A DNA stretch of 64,000 bases from an uncultured Chloroflexia bacterium (GTDB taxonomy: Bacteria > Chloroflexota > Limnocylindria > QHBO01). The position numbers were made by a program, and so were the translations under genes. The notes under the pieces were generated by a model. It did not search any database. It was not told the origin of the DNA and worked only from the letters and a program-made list of their open reading frames with translations. Position 1 is the stretch's first letter, and each line of letters starts with the position of its first letter. Location: assembly GCA_963825525.1 (NCBI GenBank), contig CAWGTN010000002.1, positions 576,001 through 640,000 on the forward strand, in the 5' to 3' direction. This document shows positions 31,698-41,485 of the stretch, in pieces.

Positions 31698-32115
31698 TGA
31701 CAACTGCGCGCCTGATTCGCGTTAGCCGGTTGCGTGAGGCACCGCCGGCCTCGCCCACGCTCGCGGGTGCGTGATTCCGCGTGGCCACAGCCCGCTAATG
31801 CGAACCACACGGGCGGTTGTCAGGGGAGGGTCGCGCTACGCGCCCGGATGCGTTCGCGTTGACAACTGCGCGCCTGGTTCGCGTTAGCCGGTTGCGTGGG
31901 TACCGCCGGCCTCGCCCACGCTCGCGGGTACGTGATCCACGCGGCCACGCCACGGGGAGGGGTCTCGGTGACCGAGGGGATCCCGTGCGCGTGACAACTG
32001 CGCGCCTGGTTCGCGTTAGCCGTCCGAGTGGCACACAGCCGGGCCCGCCCACGCTCGCGGACTCGCGATCCACGACGCCACAACCCGCTAATGCGAACCA
32101 CACAAGCGGTTGTCA
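31698..32115. repeat. Cluster of family A elements: full 31698-31822 (125 bp), partial 31860-~31949, full 31992-32115 (124 bp)
   Basis: Left arm TGACAACTGCGCGCCTG(A/G)TTCGCGTTAGCCG occurs 3 times; right arm GCTAATGCGAACCACAC(GG/AA)GCGGTTGTCA occurs twice; interiors are homologous. Confidence 0.9.
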
Positions 32116-32197
32116 AGACGGTGCGGCTCGCATCGCGAGGGCAGACCGCCACGTCCAGGGAAGGGTGTCGCCACGGAACCGCCTCCGCGGCTACCAT

Positions 32198-34900
32198 ATG
32201 ACCAACATGCAGCAGCCAATTCACGAGATCTTCGACCAGTTCAAGCAGCAACTCCCGGACATCGATCCGGTCGAGACGCAGGAGTGGCTCGAGTCGCTCG
32301 ACGCGCTGGTCGAGGCCGCCGGCCCGGAGCGCGCGCGATTCGTCGTCTTCAAGCTGCTCAAGCGCGCGCGACAGCTGCAGGTCGGGCTGCCGACGCTGAC
32401 CCAGACGCGCTACATCAACACGATCAGTCCCGAGCAGGAGCCGTACTTCCCCGGCGACGAGGCGATGGAGCTCAAGATCCGCCGCCTGATCCGGTGGAAC
32501 GCCCTGGCCATGGTCCTGCGCGCGAACACGAAGTTCGAGGGCATCGGCGGCCACCTGTCGACGTACGCATCGGCGGCCAGCCTGTACGAGATCGGCTTCA
32601 ACCACTTCTTCCGGGGCTCCGATACCGGTACCGGCGACCAGATCTACTTCCAGGGACATGCCGCACCCGGCATCTACGCGCGAGCCTTCCTCGAGGGCCG
32701 GCTCACCGAGGAGAACCTCGACCATTTCCGGCGCGAGGCGCTCACCCCCGATGTCGGGCTATCGAGCTATCCGCATCCGCGGCTCATGCCCGACTTCTGG
32801 CAGTTCCCGACCGTGAGCATGGGGCTCGGGCCCATGGCCGCCGTCTACCAGGCCCGGTTCAACCGGTACCTTGCCGCGCGCAACATCGCCGACACATCGG
32901 CCGCTCGCGTCTGGGCCTTCCTGGGTGACGGGGAGATGGACGAGCCCGAGTCTGTCGGGGCGCTCTCCCTGGCCGGACGCGAGGGGCTCGACAACCTGAC
33001 GTTCGTCGTCAACTGCAACCTCCAGCGCCTCGACGGCCCGGTCCGCGGCAACGGCAAGATCATTCAGGAGCTGGAGGCCGTCTTCCGCGGTGCCGGCTGG
33101 AACGTGATCAAGGTCATCTGGGCACGCGAGTGGGATGACCTCCTGGCCCGCGACACCGACGGGGTCCTGCTCAACCGCATGAACGAGACCCTGGATGGCG
33201 ACTATCAGCACATGGCCGTGAGCGATGGCGCCACCATCCGGGAGAAGTTCTTCGGTGGCGATCCGCGACTCCGGGCGCTCGTCGAGCACCTGGGCGACGA
33301 CGATCTCGCGCGCCTCCGACGCGGCGGCCACGACTATCGCAAGGTCTACGCCGCGTACGCATCGGCCGTGCAGCACAAGGGTTCGCCGACGGTGATCCTG
33401 GCCAAGACGGTGAAGGGCTGGACTCTTGGCCCGGGCATCGAGGGTCGCAACGTCACCCATCAGGCCAAGAAGCTCACGGCCGATGAGCTGAAGGTCTTCC
33501 GCGACCGGCTGGAGCTGCCGATCCCCGACGACCAGCTCAAGGAGGCTCCCTACTACCATCCCGGACCCGATGCGCCCGAGATCAAGTACATGAACGAGCG
33601 ACGGGCCCAGCTCGGCGGTGCAACACCGCGGCGGCACTTCACCCCGAAGCCGCTTCCGGCGCCAAAGGACACGGCATTCAGCGAGTTCGACGCCGGCTCC
33701 GATCGCCCGGCCAGCACCACCATGGCGTTCAGCAGGCTGATCCGAAACCTGGTGCGCGACCCGCAGATCGGCTCACGCATCGTTCCGATCATCCCGGACG
33801 AGGCGCGGACGTTCGGCATGGATCCGCTCTTCAAGGAAGTCGGCATCTACAACCCGCTGGGCCAGAACTACACCCCGGTCGACAAGGAGCTGCTCCTCAG
33901 CTACATCGAGAAGACCGACGGGCAGCTGCTCGAGGAGGGCATCACGGAGGCGGGCTCCATGGCCAGCTTCCAGGCCGCCGGCACCGCCTACGCGACGTGG
34001 AGCGAGCCGGTCATCCCGTTCTACACGTTCTACTCGATGTTCGGCATGCAGCGAACCGGTGACCAGGTCTGGGCCTTCGGCGATGCCCGCGGCCGCGGCT
34101 TCATGATGGGCGCCACCGCCGGCCGCACCACGCTGACCGGCGAAGGCCTCCAGCACGACGACGGTCACTCGCACGTGCTGGCCAGCACCATCCCGAACAT
34201 CCTGGCCTACGACCCGGCCTTTGCCTACGAACTCGCGACGATCGTGCGCGAGGGCATCGACCGCATGTACGGCGAACGGGCCGATGACGTCTTCTACTAC
34301 ATCACGCTCTACAACGAGAACTGGCCGCAGCCCCCCAAGCCGGAGGGCGCCGAGGATGGCGTCCTGCGTGGCCTCTACCGGTTCAGCACCGCCGAGGCCG
34401 GGGAACGCCGAGTGCAGATCCTGGCATCCGGCCCGATCCTGCTCCAGGCGCTGCGCGCGCGCGACATGCTCCGCGAACGGTTCGACGTCGCGGCCGATGT
34501 CTGGAGCGCGACGAGCTTCCAGCAGCTGCGCAACGAGGCACTGGACGTCGAGCGCTGGAATCGCCTCCACCCCGACGCCGAGCAGCGGATTCCGTATGTC
34601 CGCCGTTGCCTGGACCCGACCGAGGGCCCGATCGTGGCGGCCACCGACTACATGAAGGCCGTCCCGGACATGATCACCCGCTGGGTGGATCGGCCCTATA
34701 CCGTGCTCGGCACCGATGGCTTTGGCCGATCCGACACGCGCGAGGCGCTGCGTGCCCACTTCGAGGTCAACGCCGAGCACATCACGTACGCCGCGCTCTA
34801 CGGTCTGTGCCTGGACGGCAAGTCGACCCCGGAGGAGCTGAAGCGCGCGATGGCGGAGCTGGAGATCGATCCGGAACGGGGCAACCCGCTCCACGCGTAG
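32198..34900 (+). CDS. aceE: Pyruvate dehydrogenase E1, homodimeric type
   Basis: DIDPVETQEWLESL, GGHLSTYAS, QGHAAPG, FPTVSMGLGP, GDGEMDE, NCNLQRLDGPVRGN, GITEAG, LGTDGFGRSD. Confidence 0.97.
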   Translation: MTNMQQPIHEIFDQFKQQLPDIDPVETQEWLESLDALVEAAGPERARFVVFKLLKRARQLQVGLPTLTQTRYINTISPEQEPYFPGDEAMELKIRRLIRWNALAMVLRANTKFEGIGGHLSTYASAASLYEIGFNHFFRGSDTGTGDQIYFQGHAAPGIYARAFLEGRLTEENLDHFRREALTPDVGLSSYPHPRLMPDFWQFPTVSMGLGPMAAVYQARFNRYLAARNIADTSAARVWAFLGDGEMDEPESVGALSLAGREGLDNLTFVVNCNLQRLDGPVRGNGKIIQELEAVFRGAGWNVIKVIWAREWDDLLARDTDGVLLNRMNETLDGDYQHMAVSDGATIREKFFGGDPRLRALVEHLGDDDLARLRRGGHDYRKVYAAYASAVQHKGSPTVILAKTVKGWTLGPGIEGRNVTHQAKKLTADELKVFRDRLELPIPDDQLKEAPYYHPGPDAPEIKYMNERRAQLGGATPRRHFTPKPLPAPKDTAFSEFDAGSDRPASTTMAFSRLIRNLVRDPQIGSRIVPIIPDEARTFGMDPLFKEVGIYNPLGQNYTPVDKELLLSYIEKTDGQLLEEGITEAGSMASFQAAGTAYATWSEPVIPFYTFYSMFGMQRTGDQVWAFGDARGRGFMMGATAGRTTLTGEGLQHDDGHSHVLASTIPNILAYDPAFAYELATIVREGIDRMYGERADDVFYYITLYNENWPQPPKPEGAEDGVLRGLYRFSTAEAGERRVQILASGPILLQALRARDMLRERFDVAADVWSATSFQQLRNEALDVERWNRLHPDAEQRIPYVRRCLDPTEGPIVAATDYMKAVPDMITRWVDRPYTVLGTDGFGRSDTREALRAHFEVNAEHITYAALYGLCLDGKSTPEELKRAMAELEIDPERGNPLHA

Positions 34901-34915
34901 CGCGGCGCGAGGCGG

Positions 34916-35386
34916 CTAGCCGCCTCCGAGCAGCGGCGTACCGCAGGTCACGCAATACGCGTCGCCGTTGGGAACCACGGCGCGGCAGCCGCGACATCGC
35001 GGCGGCGCAAGGCTGAGAAGCGCCGCGCCCACCCCGATGACCGCCGCGCGCAGATAGCGCGTCACGGGCCTCGGCCCGGATCGACGAACGTCGAGCGGCG
35101 GCCATGAATGGATCATCCCCTCGGTCGGGCGAGACATCGCCGCGTGGAATCGATGGCGTTCGCGGTCATAGATGGCACGCCATTCCGGGTCGCTCAGCAC
35201 CTGCCGCACCGTGTTGACGACCTGCATCTCCTCGGTCGCCCGACCGGACCGATTGAGATCGGGGTGGAACGTGCGCGCCAGGCGCCGGCAGGCAACCGTG
35301 ATCTCGTCGACCGAGGCGGTGGAGGGGACGCCGAGCAGGCGATAGACGTCGCGTTCGGGGGTGTATGGGAGGAGGCGCAGGGTCAT
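34916..35386 (-). CDS. J-domain protein with C-terminal zinc ribbon
   Basis: DVYRLLGV..RRLARTFHPDLN..MQVVN..LSDPEWRAIYD; C-terminal CRGC..CVTCG. Confidence 0.85.
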   Translation of the reverse strand: MTLRLLPYTPERDVYRLLGVPSTASVDEITVACRRLARTFHPDLNRSGRATEEMQVVNTVRQVLSDPEWRAIYDRERHRFHAAMSRPTEGMIHSWPPLDVRRSGPRPVTRYLRAAVIGVGAALLSLAPPRCRGCRAVVPNGDAYCVTCGTPLLGGG

Positions 35387-35502
35387 GTCCGGACCACATG
35401 CTAGCGAATCGGGAGCGCCACTGCTGGGCCGGCAGGTGCGCCCTGTCACCATGCGGCGCAATGCCAGAATGTGTAGCGATGTTGCTATTTTGGTATGTGG
35501 GG

Positions 35503-35531
35503 TTGACATATTGTGCGCCCCAAGCTAGATT
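35503..35531 (+). promoter_or_regulatory. Sigma70-type promoter TTGACA-N17-TAGATT
   Basis: Consensus -35, 17-bp spacer and 4/6 -10 in an AT-rich patch upstream of the sORF-DUF2089 operon. Confidence 0.8.
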
Positions 35532-35591
35532 GGCGTCATTCGAGTTCAATTCGACAGCCAAACAGCCGTATCTGGTAGGAGCCAGTCCGAG

Positions 35592-35735
35592 ATGTTCGAC
35601 TACCGCCTCTTCTTCGCCGGCTCGACCCTGGACGAGGGTCACGCCACCCGCCGCCCGCAAGTGGGCCACCACGACAAGCGCGTGTATCGACTCCCCGTCG
35701 AGAAGCGCGAGCAGCGCGACCGGGCGCGCCGCTAG
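35592..35735 (+). CDS. 47-aa small ORF heading the DUF2089 operon (below the ORF-track cutoff)
   Basis: AGGAG upstream; MFDYRLFFAGSTLDEGHATRRPQVGHHDKRVYRLPVEKREQRDRARR*; stop is 2 nt before the DUF2089 ATG. Confidence 0.6.
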   Translation: MFDYRLFFAGSTLDEGHATRRPQVGHHDKRVYRLPVEKREQRDRARR

Positions 35736-35737
35736 CC

Positions 35738-36199
35738 ATGGGTCACGACGTCATTGCCACCTGTCCGGTCTGCAGCGGCGAGCTGTCGGTCGCGCGACTC
35801 CACTGCCGGAGCTGCGGCACCGCGCTCGAGGGCGAGTTCAGTGTCGGGCGCTTCGGCCGCCTTGACCGTGAGCAGATGAGCCTGCTGGAGTCGTTCCTCC
35901 GCTCCCGGGGCAACCTGAAGGAGATGGAGCGCGAGCTGGGCATCAGCTATCCGACGGTCCGCGGCCGGGTCGATGCCCTCATCCGCTCGCTGGGTCTGTC
36001 GGACGGGCCGGACGACGGCACGGACGTCGCCGATGGATTCGCGAAGGGTTTCGCCGACGGCTTCGCCGACGGCTTCGACGCCCAGCCCGCCGCCGATGCC
36101 GCGGCTGAGCGTCGGATGATCCTGGAGCAGCTGGCCCGCCGCGAGATCGACGCCGATGAGGCGGCTACCCGACTTCGCGAGCTCGGTGGTGCCTCCTGA
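35738..36199 (+). CDS. DUF2089 family protein (Zn ribbon + HTH + SHOCT-like tail)
   Basis: CPVC..LHCRSCGTALEGEF, FLRSRGNLKEMERELGISYPTVRGR, ILEQLARREIDADEA. Confidence 0.9.
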   Translation: MGHDVIATCPVCSGELSVARLHCRSCGTALEGEFSVGRFGRLDREQMSLLESFLRSRGNLKEMERELGISYPTVRGRVDALIRSLGLSDGPDDGTDVADGFAKGFADGFADGFDAQPAADAAAERRMILEQLARREIDADEAATRLRELGGAS

Positions 36200-37221
36200 T
36201 GGCGACCTTCGTCCGAACCCAGGAGATCGAGCACGACATCGGCTCGCACGGCCGGCTGGCCCTGCGGGTGACCGAGCCGGACGTCCAGATTCGAGCGACC
36301 GATGGCACCACGGCACGCGTCCTCGTCACCTTCGAGATCGACGCCGGATCGGACAGCGCGGCCGACGACATCTTCGAGCGGATCAAGTACCAGGTCGTCC
36401 AGGGCAACGGGTCACTCGAGGTGACGGAGCCGAAGAACTGGACGTCGGGTGGCATCGGATCGCTGGCGCGGATATTCGCGGGCGGAGCCGGTCGCGCGGA
36501 GGCACGGGTCGATGCATCGGCGCCGTCCACCTGCGACCTTCGCTATGACGGGGTCAGCGCCGACCTGACGGTCACCGGCTTCGGCGCGACGCAGGAGTAT
36601 CGGACGGTCTCGGGCGACATCGTCCTCGAGGGAATCAGCGGCGACGTGCAACTCAAGGGCGTGTCGGGTGGCGTCAGCCTGCGCGCCAACGGAACCCTCT
36701 CCAGCGTCGAGCTCAACACGGTGAGCGGCGACGTGTCGCTGGTGGCGCCGCGCATCGGCCAGCTTCGAGCGGCCACCATCAGCGGCGACCTCGACATCGA
36801 GGGCATCCTGGACGACGGGCCCGAGCACCGGGTGGAGACCGTCAGCGGCGACCTCGCTCTCGGGGTGGCCGGCGGCCTGACCCTCGAGGTGCGCGGACTC
36901 TCGACCGACGTGGCCATCCGGCTCCCCCATCGCAGCGAAGGCTCGCGGGATCGACGTCGCTACGTCCTTGGCGATGGCGGTCCGCAGCTGCGTTTCAGCT
37001 CGATGTCAGGCGATGTGGAGGTCCGCGCCCCTCGACGGGCTGACGTCCACGCCCCGCCGCCCGCGCCTCCGGCACCGACGAACCCCGACCTTCCGAACCC
37101 GCCCACCCCGCCAGAGCCAGCTGATCAGCTGGCCGTGCTCAAGGCGCTCGAACGCGGCGAGATCGACGTGGACGAGGCAACGCGTCGCCTTGCCGGCGGA
37201 GCGGGTACGCGCGATGTCTGA
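36199..37221 (+). CDS. DUF4097 beta-strand repeat protein with SHOCT-like C-terminus
   Basis: Repeated TVSGD/ISGD units, Pro linker, LAVLKALERGEIDVDEATRRL. Confidence 0.88.
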   Translation: MATFVRTQEIEHDIGSHGRLALRVTEPDVQIRATDGTTARVLVTFEIDAGSDSAADDIFERIKYQVVQGNGSLEVTEPKNWTSGGIGSLARIFAGGAGRAEARVDASAPSTCDLRYDGVSADLTVTGFGATQEYRTVSGDIVLEGISGDVQLKGVSGGVSLRANGTLSSVELNTVSGDVSLVAPRIGQLRAATISGDLDIEGILDDGPEHRVETVSGDLALGVAGGLTLEVRGLSTDVAIRLPHRSEGSRDRRRYVLGDGGPQLRFSSMSGDVEVRAPRRADVHAPPPAPPAPTNPDLPNPPTPPEPADQLAVLKALERGEIDVDEATRRLAGGAGTRDV

Positions 37222-37645
37222 GGAACTCGAGTCCGTCCTGCGCCTCGTCGCCGACGGCACGCTGAGCCCGGAACAGGCGGCGCCGATCATCGATGCGCTG
37301 ACCCGGGCCGAGCGCAGCGAGCGAGACGGCGGACTCTCCGACCGTATCGGCCGCAGCGTCGAAGGAGCGCATCGACGGGTCGAGGAAGCGCGCAACAGGG
37401 TCGAGGACCTCGCGGCCCGCACGAGCTCGGGTCGACAGCTTCGCATCCGTGTCACCGAGCACGGACGCCAGGTCGTGAACCTGCGGATCCCGATCGGCTT
37501 CGTGGACACTGCGCTGAGCTTCGTTCCCGGGATCGGCGGCGACCAGAGCGAGCGAATCCGCCAGGCCGTCTCGTCCGGGGTCATCGGCCCGATCATCGAC
37601 GTCGAGGATCCCGACGGCGACGGCGTCCTCATCAGCGTCGAATAC
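37214..37645 (+). CDS. SHOCT-like domain protein (expected stop after ..VLISVE reads TAC; frame stays open to 37882)
   Basis: MSEELESVLRLVADGTLSPEQA..LRIRVT..VNLRIP..IIDVED..VLISVE, the usual third gene of DUF2089 operons. Confidence 0.75.
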
Positions 37646-37685
37646 CGAGCACATGAGCGGAGACTGATCCCTAGAATCGGGAAGC

Positions 37686-39281
37686 GTGACTCCCTCGCGC
37701 GATCCCTGGTGGAGTGGCGCTGCCATCTACCAGGTCTATCCCCGCAGCTTCGCCGATGCGAACGGCGACGGCATCGGCGACCTTGCCGGCATCCGGGAAC
37801 GGCTCGACCACCTTGCGGGCACCGAGTCGTCACTGGGCGTCGACGCCATCTGGCTGTCCCCCATCTATCCGTCACCGCTTGACGACTTCGGCTACGACAT
37901 CAGCGACTACACGGATGTCGCGCCCGAATACGGAACGCTGGCCGACCTGGATGCGCTGGTCGCCGCCTGCCACGAACGCGGGCTCCGGTTCCTGATGGAT
38001 CTGGTTCCCTGCCACACCTCGATCGAGCACCCATGGTTCATCGAGGCTCGGGCGTCACGAGAGAGCCCGAAGCGGGATTGGTACATCTGGGCCGATGCGG
38101 CGGCGGACGGTGGCGCGCCGACGAACTGGACTGCCGCTTTCGGGGGCAGCTCCTGGGAGTGGGACGAGGCCACGGACCAGTACTACCTCCACTCGTTCTA
38201 CCCGGAGCAGCCGGACCTCAACTGGCGCAATCCGGAAGTGGCCGATGCCATGGCCGACGTCATGCGCTTCTGGTTCGAACGTGGGGTGGACGGCTTCCGG
38301 GTCGACGCCATCTTCGCGGCGATCAAGGACGACCTGCTGCGCGACAACCCGCCGGACCGGCGTCCGCACGCCATCCCCGGCTTTGGCCGTGACGCCGGCC
38401 AGGACCCACTGTGGAGCATGAACCGCCCCGAGGTGCACGACGTCATCCGTCACCTGCGGCGGGTGGCCGACGAGTACCCCGGACGGGTGCTCGTCGGCGA
38501 GGCCTACGTGCCGGTCGAGGAGCTGGCCGGCTACCTGGGCCACGGCGCGGACGACGAGTTCCACCTGGCCTTCAACTTCGAGCTGCTCCTCTCGCCCTGG
38601 GAGCACCAGCACCTGACGCTGGCCATCGAACGTTCCGAAGCGCTGCATCCGCCCGACACGATGCCGACGTACGCCATCAGCAACCATGACCAATCGCGCC
38701 ACGCCACGCGCTGGGGTCCGGAGCGGGCCCGCGCCGCCGCGTTTCTCACCCTGATGCTGCGAGGCGTGGCTGTCCTGTATGCCGGCGAGGAGATCGGGAT
38801 GGTGGATGCCGACCCGGGGATCCTCCCTCGTCCGCCGTTCGATCGCGCCGGACGGGATGGTGTCCGGACGCCGATGCAGTGGGACGGCTCCCCGGGCGGC
38901 GGCTTCAGCACGGCGACTCCGTGGCTTCCGCTCATCGATCCCGAAACGCGCAACGTCGCCAACCAGGCGCAGGATCCGAAGTCGCTGCTCTCGCTGTATC
39001 GGCGGCTCATCTCGGTGCGGCAGGGCGAGCCGGCCCTGGCGCGAGGCACGCACCGCTCGATCTTCGCGGTCGGGGCCGGGGTCCTTGCCTGGCTGCGCGA
39101 GGCGGACGGCGATCGGGTACTCGTCCTGCTCAACACCGCCGCGGAACCCGCCGCCTGTTCGCTCCCCGACCTCGGTGCCGATGCCGGGGCCGTGGTGGTT
39201 GCCACGTCGGATCGATCGGGGGCCGTCACGCTGGGTGGACTGGTGCTCCAGCCACACGAGGGAATCGCACTGCGACTCTGA
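37686..39281 (+). CDS. GH13 alpha-glucosidase/alpha-amylase family glycosidase
   Basis: YQVYPRSFAD..GIGDL, DFGYDISDY, QPDLNW, GVDGFRVDA, VGEA, SNHD, RTPMQW. Confidence 0.93.
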   Translation: MTPSRDPWWSGAAIYQVYPRSFADANGDGIGDLAGIRERLDHLAGTESSLGVDAIWLSPIYPSPLDDFGYDISDYTDVAPEYGTLADLDALVAACHERGLRFLMDLVPCHTSIEHPWFIEARASRESPKRDWYIWADAAADGGAPTNWTAAFGGSSWEWDEATDQYYLHSFYPEQPDLNWRNPEVADAMADVMRFWFERGVDGFRVDAIFAAIKDDLLRDNPPDRRPHAIPGFGRDAGQDPLWSMNRPEVHDVIRHLRRVADEYPGRVLVGEAYVPVEELAGYLGHGADDEFHLAFNFELLLSPWEHQHLTLAIERSEALHPPDTMPTYAISNHDQSRHATRWGPERARAAAFLTLMLRGVAVLYAGEEIGMVDADPGILPRPPFDRAGRDGVRTPMQWDGSPGGGFSTATPWLPLIDPETRNVANQAQDPKSLLSLYRRLISVRQGEPALARGTHRSIFAVGAGVLAWLREADGDRVLVLLNTAAEPAACSLPDLGADAGAVVVATSDRSGAVTLGGLVLQPHEGIALRL

Positions 39282-39306
39282 TCGCGCGGTGCTACCGTAG
39301 CGCGCC

Positions 39307-41379
39307 GTGACTCGCAATCCTCGACCCCCAGATCCCGACTGGGTCGACCCACTCCTCGAGGTACGGGAGAAGAAGCGCGGAAAGCGCCCCGGTGATGCCT
39401 ACGTCCGCATCTTCCGGCCGTTCGAGGGAGAGTTCCACCGGGGTGGCGAGGCGGGCGAGCTCATCGCCACCGAGCGCACGATCCTGGAGCGGCGCGGCTG
39501 GAAATCCGGCCTGCGGCGCATCCGGACCGGACTCATCGGCCGACCGATCAGCAGCGATCACGAGGAGCACGAGCGCCTGACCAAGGTCAAGGGGCTGGCC
39601 ATCTTCTCGAGCGACAACATCAGCTCCTCGGCGTACGGGCCCGAGGAGATCATGCGGGTGCTGGCGCTGGCGGGCACCGGCGTCCTGAGCCTGACGCTGC
39701 CGTTGGCGGGGCTGATCACGGTCATGCTGGCCATCGTCACCCTGTCATATCGGCAGACCATCAAGGCCTATCCGAAGGGCGCCAGCAGCTATCTCGTTGC
39801 CAGCGACAACCTCGGCAGCACGGCGGGCATCCTGGCCGCGGCGGCGCTGCTCATCGGCTACATGGTGACGGTCGCGGTGTCGGTGTCGGCCGGGGTGGCG
39901 GCAATGACCTCAATCGTGCCGGAGATCTACCCCGAACGCATGCTGCTGGGCGTCGGCATGGTGGCGTGCTCATGTTCGGCAACCTGCGCGGCATCCGCGA
40001 GTCCGGAACGATCTTCATGGTGCCGACCTACCGCTACATCGTGATCGATCGGCTGATGCATCTGGCCACGGCGTGCGCGCGATCGCTGTTCGGCGACATT
40101 CCCGGAGTTACACGGCGCCCGGCGGAGTGGACTGGCGCGAGCGAGGGCGGCCGGGACGCGAGGCCTCGGTATCCTGCTGATCCTGCGCGCGTTCAGCCGG
40201 GCGCCGTCGCGCTGACCGGGGTCGAGGCGATCTCCGACGGCGTGCCCGCCTTCAAGTCGCCCGAGTGGCGGAACGCGCGGATCACGCTCGATCTGGGGAC
40301 CGCGATCATCTTCGGGACCTGTTCCTGGGGATCGCGTACCTCGTCACGTCGACGGAGATCGTGCCGGACCCGTCCGAGCAGCAGACGGTCCTCAGCCAGC
40401 CTCGCGAGGCACGTCACCGGGACGGGCGCGTTCTTGTCATCGTCCAGGTCTCCACCGCACTGCTGCTGGTCCTGGCCGCGAACACGAGCTTCGCGGACTT
40501 CCCACGCTTCTCGTCGCTTCCTGGCGCGCGACGCGTTCATTCCCCGGCAGTTCGCATTCCGTGGCGAGCGCCTGGCCTTTACCACGGGCATCGTGGCGCT
40601 GTCGCTCATGGCCATCGGGCTGCTCGTGGGATTCAACGCCAGCGTCAGCGGGCTCATCCCGCTCTACACGCTGGGCGTCTTCATCGCCTTCACGCTCTCG
40701 CAGTCTGGCATGCTGGTCCGATGGTGGCGCCGCCGCGAGCCCGGCTGGCGACCCGGGCTGGCGATCAACGGCCTCGGCGCGCTGACCACGGCCGTTGTCG
40801 CGCTGGTCGTGGTCGAACGAGCAACTTCTTCCAGGGCTGGTGGCTGGTCATCGTCAATCGTGCCGCTGCTCATGATCCTGCTGCGTGCGATCAACCGGCC
40901 ACTACCGGGACATGGACGCGGCGTTGGCGCTGGACCGTATCCCGGACAATGGCGAGACCGCGGCGCGCCCGATCATCATCGTCCCCATCGCCCGACTCGA
41001 CCGGCCAGCACGCCAGGCGATCGCCTTCGCCAACTCGATCGGCCCCGAGGCGGTTGCCGTGCATGTCACGAACGATCCCGCCCAGGCCGATGCCATGCGT
41101 GAGGCCTGGCCAGCGTGGGCCGGCACCACCGAGCTGGTGGTGGTCGAGTCGCCGTATCGGGCGCTCATCGGTCCCCTGCTGGCCTACATGGATGCGCTGC
41201 AGCGTCAGGCGCCCAACCGGCCGATCCTGGTGGTGCTGGCCGAGTTCGTGCCGAATCATTGGTGGGAGAACCTGCTCCACAACCAGACGGCGCTGCGTCT
41301 CAAGCTGCGCCTGTTCGCGCGTCCCAACACCATCGTCGCCGACGTCCCGTACCACCCGCGTCGCGACGACCCGGCGTAG
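39307..41379 (+). CDS. APC family permease, KimA/YdaO-like (several frameshifts at ~39960-40900)
   Basis: LAIFSSDNISSSAYGPEE, SYRQTIKAYP, GNLRGIRESG, ALTGVEAISDGVPAFK, ANTSFADFP, LIPLYTLGVF, ESPYR, WWENLLHNQTAL recovered across frames. Confidence 0.85.
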
Positions 41380-41485
41380 CCAGGCGAGTGGGTAACCCGG
41401 CGTAACCGAGGTCGAATGAACCTCCAGGCGCGGACCGATTGCCGGTCGTCGGCCATCGGCTGCAGCACCAGGAGGAGAAATCCGC

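Noticed and set aside
31698-31822. Integron attC interpretation (AAC...GTT ends)
   Set aside because: Ends do not fit RYYYAAC/GTTRRRY, the arms pair without extrahelical bases, and there is no cassette array or integrase
31698-32115. CRISPR array interpretation of the family A or family C repeats
   Set aside because: Spacings are irregular or too long, the intervening sequences are homologous rather than unique, units include inverted arms, and no cas genes are present
37643-37882. Real C-terminal extension of the SHOCT protein overlapping the GH13 gene
   Set aside because: The family normally ends at ..ISVE and the extension is low-complexity; a TAC in place of TAG/TAA or an indel is the simpler explanation
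39282-39306. c-di-AMP (ydaO) riboswitch before the KimA-like permease
   Set aside because: Only 25 bp of intergenic space, with a leaderless-type -10
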